Origin: Botryllus schlosseri
Lineage: Eukaryota
DNA: 64,000 nucleotides
Direction of reading: 5' to 3'
Assembly: GCA_051294905.1 (NCBI GenBank)
Contig: CM119371.1
Coordinates: forward strand, 25,174,001 to 25,238,000
Within the stretch, counting starts at the first letter, position 1; each line of letters opens with the position of its first letter. The translations under genes were made by a program, and so were the position numbers. The notes below the pieces were generated by a model. That model saw only the letters and a program-made list of their open reading frames with translations, did no database searches and was not told the origin of the DNA. Shown here in pieces: positions 39,118 through 52,098 of the stretch.

Positions 39118-40511
39118 TAGGGTTTTCCATAATTTGGAAAATCTCGAAAATGATGCGTATCCATGTCTCATTCTTAAGATTATTGATAAAAACGTCAATG
39201 AGCTGGCAATAAGCTCACAGGAAAGTCGGTAAGATTTGTTTGAATGCGTTTGAAAATAGCTACTGTAGAATGGGCGTGCCAGCGACCATAGCATGATGGG
39301 AAGACTAGTAATCACGAAATCACGGCGCTTGATTGGCTAATTGGCTATTCTTGAATCATTACGGCGGCGGCGGCTTGCTGATCAGCTGTTCAAAGAGTAT
39401 GCTAACGGCGGTTAATCTGTAAGCGCATGGTAGACTGGTTCGCACATGATGATTTAAGATTAATTCAGGATATGGTAAGTGACGAAATCCATGACTAACA
39501 AAGGGGAGTTGCTTCGCAAAAACGTTTAAAACAGTGGTTCCGAATGTGGGCGATATCGCCCCCCAGGGGGCGATTAGGCGGTCTAGGGGGCGAAAATGAC
39601 GAAGGGGCGACAGGGGGCGAAAATGGACACAGGGATCGACAGGGGGCGAAAATTGCGAAGGGGGCTATAGGGGGGCGATGACGCGTCAAAACGGCTGACC
39701 TTTTTTTTTAGTCTACCCACGAAAATTCAGTTGCAAAAGTGTCAAATTCGACATCGAGCCGAAAAGTATACCTTTTTTTTGTCAAATGCCGGTGATTACA
39801 GTTGGCATGCCCATTTTTCGGTACACAATATTTAGTGGGGGGGCGATGATCGGTGTTGAGCTTGAAAAGGTGGCGATGGGTCGAAAAAGGTTGGGAACCA
39901 CTGGTTTAAAACATGACTGGCTTATTGTGTGGTTATGTGCTTCTACGAGTTCAAGAAGTTGTTGTGTAAGCGCAGTGTACGTTGGTGATTTAATAATAAA
40001 ATGACAGACCTGGTCATTGAATGTTTTAGTGTTATAAATAGGTAACGATATGTTTAGAGAGCAAAAATAGCGTCTTGCAGGCATGACAGACGTGAAACAG
40101 CGAATGATTGTGAACTTATATAACTAAGTATTGATCCGATAAATACTTATCTGATATGCTTGAGATTACGCCAAGCGGTCCTGTTTTTCTGGTTGCAGGC
40201 AAGGTATATTAGTCATCGCCAAACTGGTACAGCACACCATGCGAGATAGATTCTGGACACAATCCTGTATGCTCAGAAAATATGTGGGCTGACCAGGTAG
40301 TTACATTGGAACTCTGAAGAAGTGTAACTACCGCACCGCTTCAATACATTCTTTTTATGTCTATGTCTGGTTTGATTCTAGCATTAGTCTAGTTAACGAC
40401 TTTCCCGTGAGCTTATTGCAGGTGCTTTGACGTTTTTTTAAATCTATAATCTATAGAATGAGACATGGATACGCGTCATTTTTGAGATTTTCCAAATTAT
40501 GGAAAACCCTA
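39118..40511. mobile_element. hAT-like element with ~60-bp TIRs
   Basis: tagggttttccataatttggaaaatctc...ctcattct inverted at ~40455-40511; perfect TSD atgtaaat. Confidence 0.85.
39532..39903. mobile_element. Charlie-like MITE with GGGGGCG repeats (nested)
   Basis: cagtggttcc/ggaaccactg termini; perfect TSD gtttaaaa. Confidence 0.85.
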
Positions 40512-40536
40512 ATGTAAATAGGAACGAGGATGGTAT

Positions 40537-40600
40537 GCACGTAGGCACGTAGGCTCGCAGTCACGTAGGAACGTTGGCATGTAGGCGCGTAGGCACGTAT
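40537..40600 (+). repeat. Degenerate (GCACGTAG)n 8-bp tandem repeat
   Basis: About 8 units visible. Confidence 0.75.
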
Positions 40601-41370
40601 ATGATTTAAGACCGCGATATAATTCTGAGTTAGCTCGTGTTTTCGAGTAGGCCTACCATCCTTTTCGGCACAAAGGTGGGCAACTATTTTTCCAGGTGGG
40701 CCAAATGAGAAGCAGAAATAGGTTGGCGGGCCGGGCCAAAAGTCTAAACAATATTCCGTGGCGTATTTATTTCCAAATATATAACAGCGAATTACATTGG
40801 TTACGCAAGATGCTAAGTGGTGCTAAGAATTTATTTTGTATTGTCAAAATGCGCGCTACACCAGCTTCCCATCCGGTTTTATTCGTTTTCAGCGCCCGGG
40901 TCGCCATCCATAGCACTGCCAATTATACTGCTTTTAGATTGCTCATCAATAAAAGGGACTGCTTGCCCAAGCGTAACAACAGGTTTTGCGGAGGTTGCGT
41001 ATCCATCCGTAAGATAGTAATCCATTGCCGAGCGGAATCCAGCAGTCCAATATTGCCCCAGTTGCATGAATGCTCTCCGAGTAGACCAACGGAGACTGGA
41101 TTGGAGACAGGGACCCTTGTAAGCCGAACAATTCACTCGGATCGAATACAATTTTATCAATAAGTTTTTATAAGATGGCGGTATTTCATTTTACTCAACC
41201 CACTCTCATTAATTGTTATAGCTCTGGAAAGAGATTGGAACATACACAGTCATAGTCTAAAGTAAGCTACTCGCATCCGAAATTATCTAAAGTGGATGGC
41301 AGGCACTCGTGTCACGCCTCGGCATATTTCCATGTCTGGTTCCTAGGGCTAATGGCAGTAACGGTATCAC

Positions 41371-41516
41371 CTGCATCACATACTGCTGCTCCGTCACAAA
41401 TGTATTTTTCGGGCAATTGACAACGTCCGTTGCTGCTAGACTTAAATGATCTTCCAAAACAAGCTCGATAACCTGACTCCACAGCTGATGATGCTAGTAT
41501 TTCGTCGCTTCCATCG
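41371..41516 (-). CDS. Ectodomain exon (DGSDEILASSAVESGYRAC...RCQLPEKYICDGAAVCDA)
   Basis: tttcag| acceptor, phase 2; joins the 43826 exon to give FCDGSEDCSDGSDE. Confidence 0.8.
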
Positions 41517-42137
41517 CTGAAAATATTGGGTATTACCATCAAATGATCGAAATGGAGATTGAGGATGTGCTCGTCATTTTAATATTGATCAATGTGCGTA
41601 TGTGACTTGAATAACTCACAATCGAGCTGAAGGTGAGCAATGAATTCTCCGAACAGCTTCATATTGAACAAGCTTTTACGGAATTACTTCAGCATTTCAA
41701 TTCTGATGTCGTCATTGCGATACCGTGTAGTTGACAGCATGCTACGATGTATGAAGACACCATTGATGCATAATTATTAATAATTAATAATTATTATAAT
41801 TTCTCTTACATGATATGTTTATTACAGGGGTGGCCAACCTGCGGCTGTAGAAGGAGATTTATGCAGCCGTGGATACGTAATTCAGTTAGTATGTGTTGGC
41901 GGCCGTCGACAAGCAATTTAAATTCACGAATTGACTAGCTACTTCTTAAGGGATTTTATTTAATCTTAAAATTTTCTGCGCGCGATACAATGTGACTGCA
42001 TGTTTCGATTTTAATATAGTAGAGTCATTTGCAATTAAAGTTCCACATTACATATTCGAAATCGTGTACTCCTCACTATACCGACAATCCCGAGGGGAGG
42101 TCAAGAAATAACAGCATGCAACAAAGTGACTAATAAC

Positions 42138-43254
42138 TAGGGCCATTTAAAGTCATTAAAGTCATATTTTTTTCTATGCATCAGTAAGTCGTGAAATCAA
42201 TTTTAACGCGAAAACCACAGCCCTATGGGGTATATTAAGAAAGTTATAAAGTCATATAAAGTCATATTTTCCTGGTTAGGTTATATTTGAGTTATAAAGT
42301 CATATTGTTGTATACTTCAAATAAAAAGTGCCAATTTAAGCGGTGAAGCAATTAAGCACAGAACAAGTAAGGCAATTTCTGATTGAACAAAGGCAAGCTG
42401 TAAGGTTAGCCTACATAACATTTCAGTCACACACCTATGAGGTCACACATTGCATTATGAGATCACACATTGCATTGTGTTGCTATATATATATATAGCG
42501 ACTTTTCCATTAGATTGCTACACAATCTGTTTTACTTCTGTGCACTGAAGTAGGACGTAATTTGAAGTTCAGTAGGTAGGCAGGGTAGGCAGGGTAGGCA
42601 GGGTAGGCAGGGTAGGCAGGGTAGGCAGGCCTAAAAGGTCTATCTTGGTCTACTTATATACAAATACAAATACATTTAAAATAGTATTTACGGTGGGCAC
42701 CACGATAATAAATAATTGAAGAATCGGTCACCGAAATATACCTCCACTACAGCAATATTTCAAACTTGATACTGAAAATGGAAAGTCGTATGTACACCAT
42801 CAGAGAGGCTAATGCTGATCTAAATGCCCTAGATATCAGAAAAGATCCGCTTGAGCTCAAAATTTACATGAAGAAGCGATTGGACAAAAACGATGTGAAA
42901 CAAATTATGGAGCTACAAAGGCAAGACATTTCACCAGCGCTGTATGCAAAACTGCAGAAGTGTCAACCCACATCAGCGTCTGTGGAGCGCTCATTTTCCT
43001 TACTAAAGTCATTTTTACGTCCAAATTGTCACTTTAAAGACTCCGGCATTCCACACAACATGAAACTGTACTCTACAACAGTGGTTTAAAATAAAAATGG
43101 ATGCATATTACTGTTATGTTGTGTATGTTTTACTTGTCAGTTCCATGCGTGACGTTGGTTACATGTAAAAATACACTATTTTCACATAAAGTCATATTTT
43201 CCATAAAATAAAGTCATATAATTGATTTTTTAAGGTCATATAAAAATGGCCCTA
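42138..43254 (+). mobile_element. Internally deleted hAT element with a transposase C-terminal remnant (42766-43089)
   Basis: TIR tagggccattt/aaatggcccta; perfect TSD ctaataac; AAAGTCAT subterminal repeats; peptide CQPTSASVERSFSLLK (hAT dimerisation motif). Confidence 0.85.
42577..42630 (+). repeat. (GGTAGGCAG)n 9-bp minisatellite
   Basis: About 5-6 tandem units. Confidence 0.85.
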
Positions 43255-43825
43255 CTAATAACATTTGGCCCACCCGAAGATGCATCATCATTTTTAACTT
43301 GCCCTAAATTTTCAAAAACACCCCCTTCATCAACTTTACCGCTGAACCTGATCTCGTCGACGGGCTGAAAAGGATAAATTTTTGATTTTAATATGTGAAA
43401 CTACTATTATTATTGACGAAATTCATTAGTAAATCTGAAAAATATTCGCGCTTCGCGAGACATTCAACAGTCCCATAACATGACCATTGACCAGTGACCA
43501 TTCGCGATTTGGCGGCTTATAGCAAGCCTATGATTAAAGGGATTAGTCCGGAGCTCACCAGAAATGGACATATGCACTCCAACATAAGCATTTGGCGTAC
43601 AGCTAAATCATTACGACAATGCCCTGGAATGCGTCCGTGGGCTACATGAGTAATAGAAATGCGGCCGTGAATGGCAAAAAGGTTGGCCAACTCTGGTTTA
43701 TTGTGCATGTCGTGATAATATGGCAGATATTTTCAATTCCAATAATACAACTATCGGATCCAATAACAAACCCAGTGAAAGGACAAAATTTGTAGGAAAC
43801 GGACTCACTGATATATTTTTGTTAC

Positions 43826-43916
43826 CTGCAGTCTTCACTTCCATCGCAAAAACGATGTCTCGAATAACATGTTGATCCCACGCGACATTTCAACTCCGTT
43901 TTCAAGCAATTCGTTT
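43826..43916 (-). CDS. 91-nt LDLa exon (TNCLKTELKCRVGSTCYSRHRFCDGSEDC)
   Basis: LDLa cysteine spacing; ctgcag| acceptor and |gtaaca donor; phase 1-2. Confidence 0.8.
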
Positions 43917-44641
43917 CTGCAGCGAAACGATAAAACAACATTAAACATATCTTCCTTATCTTATAATGGGTTATTTACTCTACTTTAAAGTACAAAATAG
44001 GTGTTTATTGACGAAGCTTGTCGTATGCCTCTATTAGCAATTCTGATGATATTTTGTCAGTCAGTAAGTTACTGACGTCACGGCTTGACAGCACTTCGTC
44101 GTATACGACTCATGCTTTTGGTGATGGTCGTGATTTGATGAATTCTGACCTTATCCTTCCCAAAATTCTATTTTATAAGGTTCACCCCAATACACACACA
44201 CATACACACACATATATACATATATATATTTATATATGATCATAATCAATGATAGAATACCTAATAAGTCATGCTACAAAATTTTCTAAGTGAGTATTCA
44301 GATTTTGCAACGATGTAAGCCGTCCTGTAGACTAGGGTTTTTCAACCCGAGGTGCTCACACACACCTGTCACTGATGTGTACGGAGATGTTTAATCATGA
44401 AGATTGATAGATAAAATACAAAGACCCAATCGTTATGTATTGCTTTTTAAATTCGCAGGGCAGTATGTGCCTTTGAACGTATGAACTATAACTAAATTTT
44501 AGCATGAAAAATTAGCGCCTATCAAAAACGTAACTGCATCGACTCCTCTGGGATCGATTACGACTCTGCGTCAGATTTGGTTCCGTCTAAGACCCGCTTT
44601 GGATTGGGATTAATGCTCCCATTGCTCCACACTACTAATTC

Positions 44642-44859
44642 GAAGAGCTTCTTGGAGGTACAGAAATTCAATATACAATTGAATAGTATATTCATATTGA
44701 ACTAAACCCGAATATTTTTGGCTGACACTCGTCAGGGGTAATCGTCAGCAACTAGTAGAGAATTGGAAAGAACATTGTATATCAACAATCGTATCACAAA
44801 ATATGAAAGCATGAAATTTCAAATGAGAGAGCCTTCAATGTACTAGTTTTAGGTGGTAC
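44642..44859 (-). mobile_element. Second copy of the hammerhead-bearing repeat (motif at 44706-44749, G12->A)
   Basis: High similarity to 59240-59455. Confidence 0.65.
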
Positions 44860-45249
44860 AGGTACTCGAAAGTACTCATCTTGTATTTTCGTGACATTTC
44901 ATGCTATCATTTTGATCAAAATGTCTAAATCGCCGTGGTGCAAAAAGCCTTCGATGCGAAAAGCACCACTAAATGTTTTTATACATAATAATAATAATAA
45001 GGTACTCGAAAAAGGTTGGTAACCACTGATCTAGTACTAACTGAAGAGGCTGTGACTGCTATATTGCAGCCATTCGTGACTTCCTTAGCTATGAAAATCA
45101 TGATTTTCCTGCCTGCTTTACCTATAAAACAATTATTTTTTACATATTTGAGTAACAGATTTCCGTCGTTCTAGAGAAGATGCGAGAGCTGGTCAGTGGT
45201 GTCAAAGGTGTTGGAACAGGTTAAAAGGTTACTAATTATTGCTTTAGAC

Positions 45250-46004
45250 CAGGGGTGGCCAGCCTTTTCGCTATGGATTCCAAAGCTGTCTTAAAGTGTC
45301 CATGTCCATTTCCGGTGTACTCCGGACTAATCTACTTCTTCATATCGGCTTAATATACGAACCGAAATAGCGACTGGCCATGTAATGAGCAGTCACTGGG
45401 ATCCGTTACGATCGCGCAGAGCGCGAACGAATTTCTCTGATTCACGAATTAATTTCGTCATTATTACCAGTAGTTTTACATAAAACTATCAAATATTTAT
45501 CCTTTCTCAACCCATGAGATCAGATTCACCGGTAAAGTTGACGGAGGGAGTGTTTTCGAAAATTCAGGGCCAGATATAAATGATGATGCATCTTTGGGTT
45601 GGCCAATTGTAATTATTCAGGTCATGTTGCATTCTGTTATTTCTTGATTTCCCATCAGGATTGTGGAAAGGTGTTGGAATCGCGCAGACATTTACCATTA
45701 ACAAATTTCATTCATGAAGAGCACACGATTCTAAGTAGGTATTTCCATATGGGGCGCAACATTCTCTCTGCTTTTCGCAACATGTGGGGCTCAGATTGCA
45801 GGGGAGTACCATAGTAAACTCGTGAAGGGAAGTGACATTAAATCGCGCGTAGCGCGAAGACAATATCGAGATTATTGATAATTAACTCGAAAATTCGGGA
45901 GTAAAATTAAATTTGCATGTCGACGGCCGCTATCACATATTAATTGAATTACGAGTCGACGTTCGCACAAATAACCTTCTACGGTCGGAGGTTGGCCACC
46001 CCTT
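45250..46004. mobile_element. hAT MITE
   Basis: caggggtggcca/tggccacccctt; TSD ctttagac/cttttgac. Confidence 0.8.
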
Positions 46005-46161
46005 CTTTTGACAAAGTTATATAACTGTTAAAGATCGCGTGGTGTTGATATTGAATGTATAATATAATATAGTGTATACTGCACTCAGTCTATATGCTAT
46101 CGAACTGGTGGTGATCTTTCGGAAACAGCTGGCGATCTCTAAGCAAATCGTTTATACTTAC

Positions 46162-46292
46162 TGTCTCTGCATAAAGATTGCCGCTGTGGTTCTAGCTCCT
46201 GCGGAAGGTTGCAAAGTTTGGACACATACGTCGTTCTCCTACATAATTCTCCACTATCGCCGTACGACGCATATATCTCGTCGGATCCGTCC
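46162..46292 (-). CDS. 131-nt exon (DGSDEIYASYGDSGELCRRTTYVSKLCNLPQELEPQRQSLCRD)
   Basis: ttgcag| acceptor and |gtaagt donor; phase 2-1; paralogous to 59623-59753. Confidence 0.75.
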
Positions 46293-46676
46293 CTGCAAGC
46301 ACATTGAAGTTCAAGAGATTTTTATGAACTGCATATTTGAAATAGTCCGAAAATGGTGATTAAACCTCGAAGATCCGTTTGTTTAACTGTCATAAAATGA
46401 ATATGCTGCGAGCTATGCATGACTATACTGTGAATTTCAAAATCGTTTCTAAAACGGAAAATTAAACGCCAAAAGTGAGCCCCTTTTTACCGTCGGATTG
46501 TGTCTACAAATACGTCTACCACTTTTCCCGTTCAAGTATAACGCTGATGCGTTAAATACCAACGCAGAGCTCAAAATGAAAATAGCTATGCTGTCAAGCT
46601 GAGCAACGACACAGAGCTTGAACTGAAAACGAATTTTATTGCAAAAAACAGTTCATTCATATGCAAGCACTCGAAA

Positions 46677-46740
46677 TACTCTCTCATGCACAACTGTTAG
46701 GTAACGTTACTCTCTCATGCACAACTGTTAGGTAACGTTA
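46677..46740 (+). repeat. 31-bp tandem duplication
   Basis: ctctctcatgcacaactgttaggtaacgtta x2. Confidence 0.85.
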
Positions 46741-47298
46741 AGAATTCCTTGTCCTTTTGTGCATGAAATACTGGTATTATCAACCAATACCCATCCTTGA
46801 TGAACGCCCGACTCATGGCAGACGATCAGTATGTGTGGTGGATCCATTTTAGTACATGCAACTTACGCCTCATGCCCCTGAAATAATACGAATGCATATA
46901 AATTGTGCAGTAAGAGTATATATAGTTAATATATGAAATGATGACCACCATTTTCGAAGCATGACTGTTTCAGGGACTGCTGAGCTAGAATAAAAAAGAA
47001 CACTCTTAGCTCCGACATCAATCCACACAGCTTAAAAGTACACGCTCATAATAACATTTGTAACGATGTACTTTCAATCTTTACTACACTATATTGCTCA
47101 AGCAGGTTTTGGCTAGCGCGTTAGTTGCAAAAATGCTCCCTGAAACTTGGCAGCGTGACATTGACTATATAGTTGGACCACTGATGACAAGACCAAGACA
47201 CCTAGAAAATGGCCTAGGGGTTGCCCACAAGATCAATCTTTAGGACGAAAAATTCTTTCAGCTACATGTATGACCATGACCATTGACCATAGTCTTAA

Positions 47299-47798
47299 CA
47301 GGGTTGTAACCAAGTCACAAGGCTCCGAGTCACAAGTCGATCTCAATTTTATAGTTTTGATTCCAGTCAAGTCGAGTCATTTTCAATTCACCACTGAATC
47401 AAGTCCGAGTCCAAGTCATCCAGCAGAGGTTTGAGTCCGAGTCATGGTATTATGACTCGGGCCTGAGTCCAAGTCGTTGTGTTGACTGATCAGTTTCCAG
47501 TTGAAGTCTTGTTAAACCCACTTTTGTAGCCCTGTTTGGTGATATCGAATGGCCCGCATTTAAAATATACTGATTTTCTTCACTCTTAACAGTTTCTGGT
47601 CACATTTTCAAGTACCAGTACAAATAGACGGAATCACAATAGTGTGATTACTTTACTATTCTTCGAAATTACAAGGAAATGTCAGTCTTGGCCGTCTGAG
47701 TCTCGAGTCATGCGCAATGACTCGAGTCCAGTTTTGAGAAAATGACTCCAGTCAAATCGAGTCATCAGAAAATCGTGACTCGAGTTATTACAACCCTG
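47299..47798 (+). mobile_element. GACTCGAGTC-family hAT MITE
   Basis: cagggttgtaa/ttacaaccctg; TSD agtcttaa/agtcctaa. Confidence 0.85.
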
Positions 47799-48276
47799 AG
47801 TCCTAATATCGATGCATTAGTCGATAAAAAACATGATAACTGATCAGGTATCGTGTGCAGCTCAGTAGTTCAAAATAAAATGAAGTTTATGATCATAATA
47901 CTTCTTGTTGTATTTGTACTCCTTTGATAAAATGACTTCTTTTGTGGTAACCATGCCCATCGCCCATGCAAGTGAGCACGGCGCTGTGCTAACGTGAAGT
48001 TTTAAAAACGCGATCGCAACTATAATGTTGTTCGCAGACTGTAAGTCACCTTATATGCCAGCATGGCTATTATTGGTCACTGTAACTACTATTGTAGGAA
48101 CGGTGCAGTAATGCGATGGCAGCTTCGCACTCTGCCCCAGAGGTTATTCTTGCTGCAAAATGCCATAGACAAAGAGGCACTTTCATGAAAACACTGAATT
48201 AGATTAGAACTAAAATTAGAGCACAAAAACATTTAACCAATTAGATTAGAATTACAATTTGACCGCAGGGACATTT

Positions 48277-49100
48277 CATTGTTGTAATGACTCGAAACAC
48301 GATTTTCTGATGACTCGACTTGATGCGCGTCATTTGCACAAAATACTGAGATGACTCGACTCCAGTGTATTGACTCGACTTGGACTAGAGTCGATGCGCA
48401 TGACTCGAACCAAGTCATATGACTCAAGACTCAGACGGCCAAGACCGACTTTTCATTGTCATTTCAAAGAACAGTAAAGTAACCTCCCTATTGGTATTCC
48501 GTCTGGTCTCGTACCTGAAAATGTGACCAGAAACTGTTACAAGCGAGGAAAATTAGTATATTATAAATGTGAACCGTTCGATACCACCAAGCAGGTGGCG
48601 GGAGATAGCGCAGTGGTATAATCCGCGACTGCAACACCAATGGGCGCGGGATCGAGTCCGACTTCCGAATTCCGGTACCTAAGTGTTGGAGGTTTACCTA
48701 GGCTCCTCCTCGCCCCCTCATCCGCGTTAGCGCCGTCTTACAAAAAGCCTACTTGTGGGCCGTGTTATAAGTCGGCAGTTACGGAAAATAAGACGAATGC
48801 CGGCCTGGTGTAAATGACCATAGTAGTCGACAAACACCATGAATACCACAAAATAAATGAACAAAACCAAATTGAGTTGTAAAAGTGGATTTACCAAGAC
48901 TTTGACTAGAAACTGAGCAGTCAACACAATGACTTGGACACGGACTCGGGTCACAATACCATGGCTCGGATTCGAACCTCTGCTCGATGACTTGGACTCG
49001 ACTCGGTGGTGAATTCAAAATGACTCCACTCGACTCAAGTTAAGACTATATAAGTGAGATTGACTTGTGACTTATGCTTTGTGACTTGGTTACAAACCTG
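48277..49100 (-). mobile_element. GACTCGAGTC-family hAT MITE, inverted, containing a SINE
   Basis: Reverse complement of 47299-47798; gacattt flanks both ends. Confidence 0.8.
48597..48866 (+). mobile_element. tRNA-derived SINE inserted in a hAT MITE
   Basis: A-box TAGCGCAGTGG, B-box GGATCGAGTCC, tail ggcctggtgtaaatgaccatagtagtcgacaaacaccatgaataccac. Confidence 0.85.
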
Positions 49101-50800
49101 GACATTTCACAAATTAGAATACTGGAATTTTTCGATAATTTAGTGAAACAAGTCAACGTTTCGGTGAACATGTCGCTATCATTTTGTGCAAATGTTTCAT
49201 CGCCGACGCTCTCGCTGCGAGCGCAGTTAGACTGGATTCTTTAAATTACACATATTTATCATTTTCAGTAGGGGGCTCCAATACCAAATGCAAGAAATCG
49301 AGTGACATTAAATCATGCGAAGTGCTAAGAGAAATTTCAAGTCAAATAAATCTGCTACGAAATATTCTACTATACATGATCATAAATATACCAAGATCTG
49401 CAACAAATGTTGCTGGCCCTGGTTACACCAATGCGTCAGAACTGATGTTTTAGTCATCATCAAATTTTGGTTGGCCTTACAACTTAACCTGATGTTATAA
49501 CTAATTTCGAAGAGCTTCTTGGACGTATAGAACTTCAATATACAATTGAACTAATTTCGAGAATTGTACCTCGCGGGCCACATTTATCGGCCCCTTCCTT
49601 AAAGTATCGAGGTTGAACAGGGGTAGCCAACGTGGCAATTGGTAATATTACTAATTTCAACAGTCAACTCCTCCCTTAAAACCTTCTCGCCAGCCCTATG
49701 TAGCCGATGCACAGTGGGCAACAGTTTGGTCACTTGTGACCTATATAGAATTATACAAGTGACCTATCTAGAATTATACCTGTTTTACATCGATGGCGAG
49801 CAACATTGACTTTGATCTTAATCGCCCATCGGTCAATTCTTTCTGAAGAAAAGGCAGAATTTTCACCTCTTTTCTTTCATCTTCTCCCTGGAAAACATCG
49901 TTTTCATCAAGTTAGTATATTTGGCCATATGCACGTACATGTTAAACATATATTTCTATCGCCTTGCATACATGATTCGATAATAAAGTACACACGTGAA
50001 AACAATGGCATGAATTTCGAGGCAACCTATAAGAATCATTTGTCTGGTACAGCCCCGGTGAGCAATCTGAATGTTTGAATCCGGCCCACGATGCCAGTTC
50101 GGTTTGACACCCCTGCCATCTTATCCTACTAATTTCCGTTGTGTTCAGGTATAGGATATATTCAGTATGTGTGGCTAAATAATAAAGAAGTTTGTACTGA
50201 CCGTTCCTTCAGAAATTGCACCAATCATCTTGTCAACAGTGGAGACCATAATACGGTACTGCTGTATATTTTTCGATGTCGGGCATGATGCTAAAAGCTC
50301 AAATTCTTCTCGGATCTGAACATTTAAGTAGAACATCAGCCTTTTATCGCTAAGATTATCAGTATCACTCACAATCATTGACAATGCGAGTAAATTGAGC
50401 ACATTCTTGCCAAGAGCCCAGATACTCACTAGGTTCATATCGAAAAGATACAGAAATTTCTTCAGTATGTCACGAACAGCCTACTTCGTGTGGGGATATC
50501 CGCTAATATTTGGCGAGGCGAGCTGTGAAATTATTTGAACAGCGCGCTAATTTTTGACAAGTCTGGATCATGCTTTGAATACTCTTTCGCCAGAAGTTCT
50601 TCGCTGTCAGACACCATCAGGTCATTCCCTTATAATAATCAAAGGTTATCAAAACAGAGAAATGATTGAAATCATATTAGATGCTATACCATCGGAAACT
50701 GACAACGGCTGTTTTCTTCTTGTTCTTGTAACGAATGCTTCTCATCTTTTGGGAGAGTTTTTTTGAGAAAAATGTCTGTAATTGAGAAAGCCGTTTAAAG

Positions 50801-52098
50801 CAGGGCTTTGGAGCAGCCTTAAATTTTAACTGCTCCAGCTCCGGAGCTTTCTTCTATCATACATTAGCTCCGCAGCCGCATTATTACCACTGTTCCGGCT
50901 CCGGCACTGAAAATTATAGAATGGGTCTGTCTATATCAGGGTGGCCAGCCCTCGGGTCAACTGTGGCCGGCGTGGAGGGTTTTGAGTGGCTCGCGAGGTA
51001 ATTTACTAGTATATTATCGAAATGCTGTTATTTTATTGAAAATGAATGGCTTAGATTGTGAACTTGCAAGGCCAACCAAAAATTACAAGTCTGACTGCAA
51101 CACTTGGGATGTTGATGACTAAAATATCAGTTCCGACGCATTGGCAGATCCAGGGTCAAGTCACATTTTTAGTAAATGGTCGTACATTACAATAGACTAA
51201 AATAATTGTGAAATTTTTTTTCATGCTTCGCGTGTTTAATTGTCACACGATTTCTTGCTTGGTAGCCTAACCCCTCCTGAAAATGAAAAAATTCACCCGA
51301 TTGAGTCTAACTGTATTAGCAATTACGGGCGAAATTTTTTTCGCGTTTGCGCTCGCAGAAAGATCGACGATGAAATGTAGGCACAACATGATTGTCGCAT
51401 ATTACCGGAAACTTTCGATATCAATTTGTCCAGGCGCCGAATAGTCGTGTCCTTGCAAACTGATCCCAGCGGGCGGTATACAGTAGACCCGCAATATACT
51501 TAAGTAATAAAATTATTGACCTAATTCATTTATAAACTTTGAAAATTTCACCCGCTTGGTGCGTCTAGTGGGCCGCGCACTCGTTCGTCAATTGCATGTG
51601 CCCCTTTAGCCGAAAAGGTTGGCTATCCCATGTCTATATAGATTATTTATCTACCCATAGTTTAGTTATCTATAGTAATCTACAGTCAGTCAGCCGCCAG
51701 TAACATCGGATGCAGCAATGAAGACATAGGTGCCGCCGTGCCGACTTTGACACCATAATGAATACTTGTCAATTGCCGATAACATCATAGTAGAAGAGTG
51801 TCAGCTCGAAAAGCCTCGGGTTTAAATTATTTCTGCAATCAATATATTATTAAAATGTTTATTAAAGTTCATTACCCAAAGAGTCTCATCATAGTTGCAG
51901 TAGACCGCACTTTACCCCATGCCATTGCTGCGCACGGCATTAAAATTCAGGCCTGCTGTTATATTATGTGAAATTAGCAGATATAGTTGTTGCATATATA
52001 ATAGCATCTTGATTGATGCGTTGGAGCCGGGCTCCAGCTCCGGCTGAATTTTATGTCGAGCTCCGGTAAAAATGCACGGCTCTGGCTCCAAAGCTCTG
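50801..52098. mobile_element. hAT MITE (GGCTCC repeats) with a nested MITE at 50937-51631
   Basis: cagggctttggagc/gctccaaagctctg; perfect TSD gtttaaag; inner TSD gtctatat. Confidence 0.85.

Larger units (their letters stand above)
41825..43695. mobile_element. hAT MITE hosting a nested element (a related copy lies at 45250-46004)
   Basis: caggggtggccaacc/ggttggccaactctg; TSD gtttatta/gtttattg. Confidence 0.8.

Noticed and set aside
48597..48670. tRNA gene
   Set aside because: A/B boxes continue into a multi-copy body and tail, with no clean cloverleaf; it is a SINE head.
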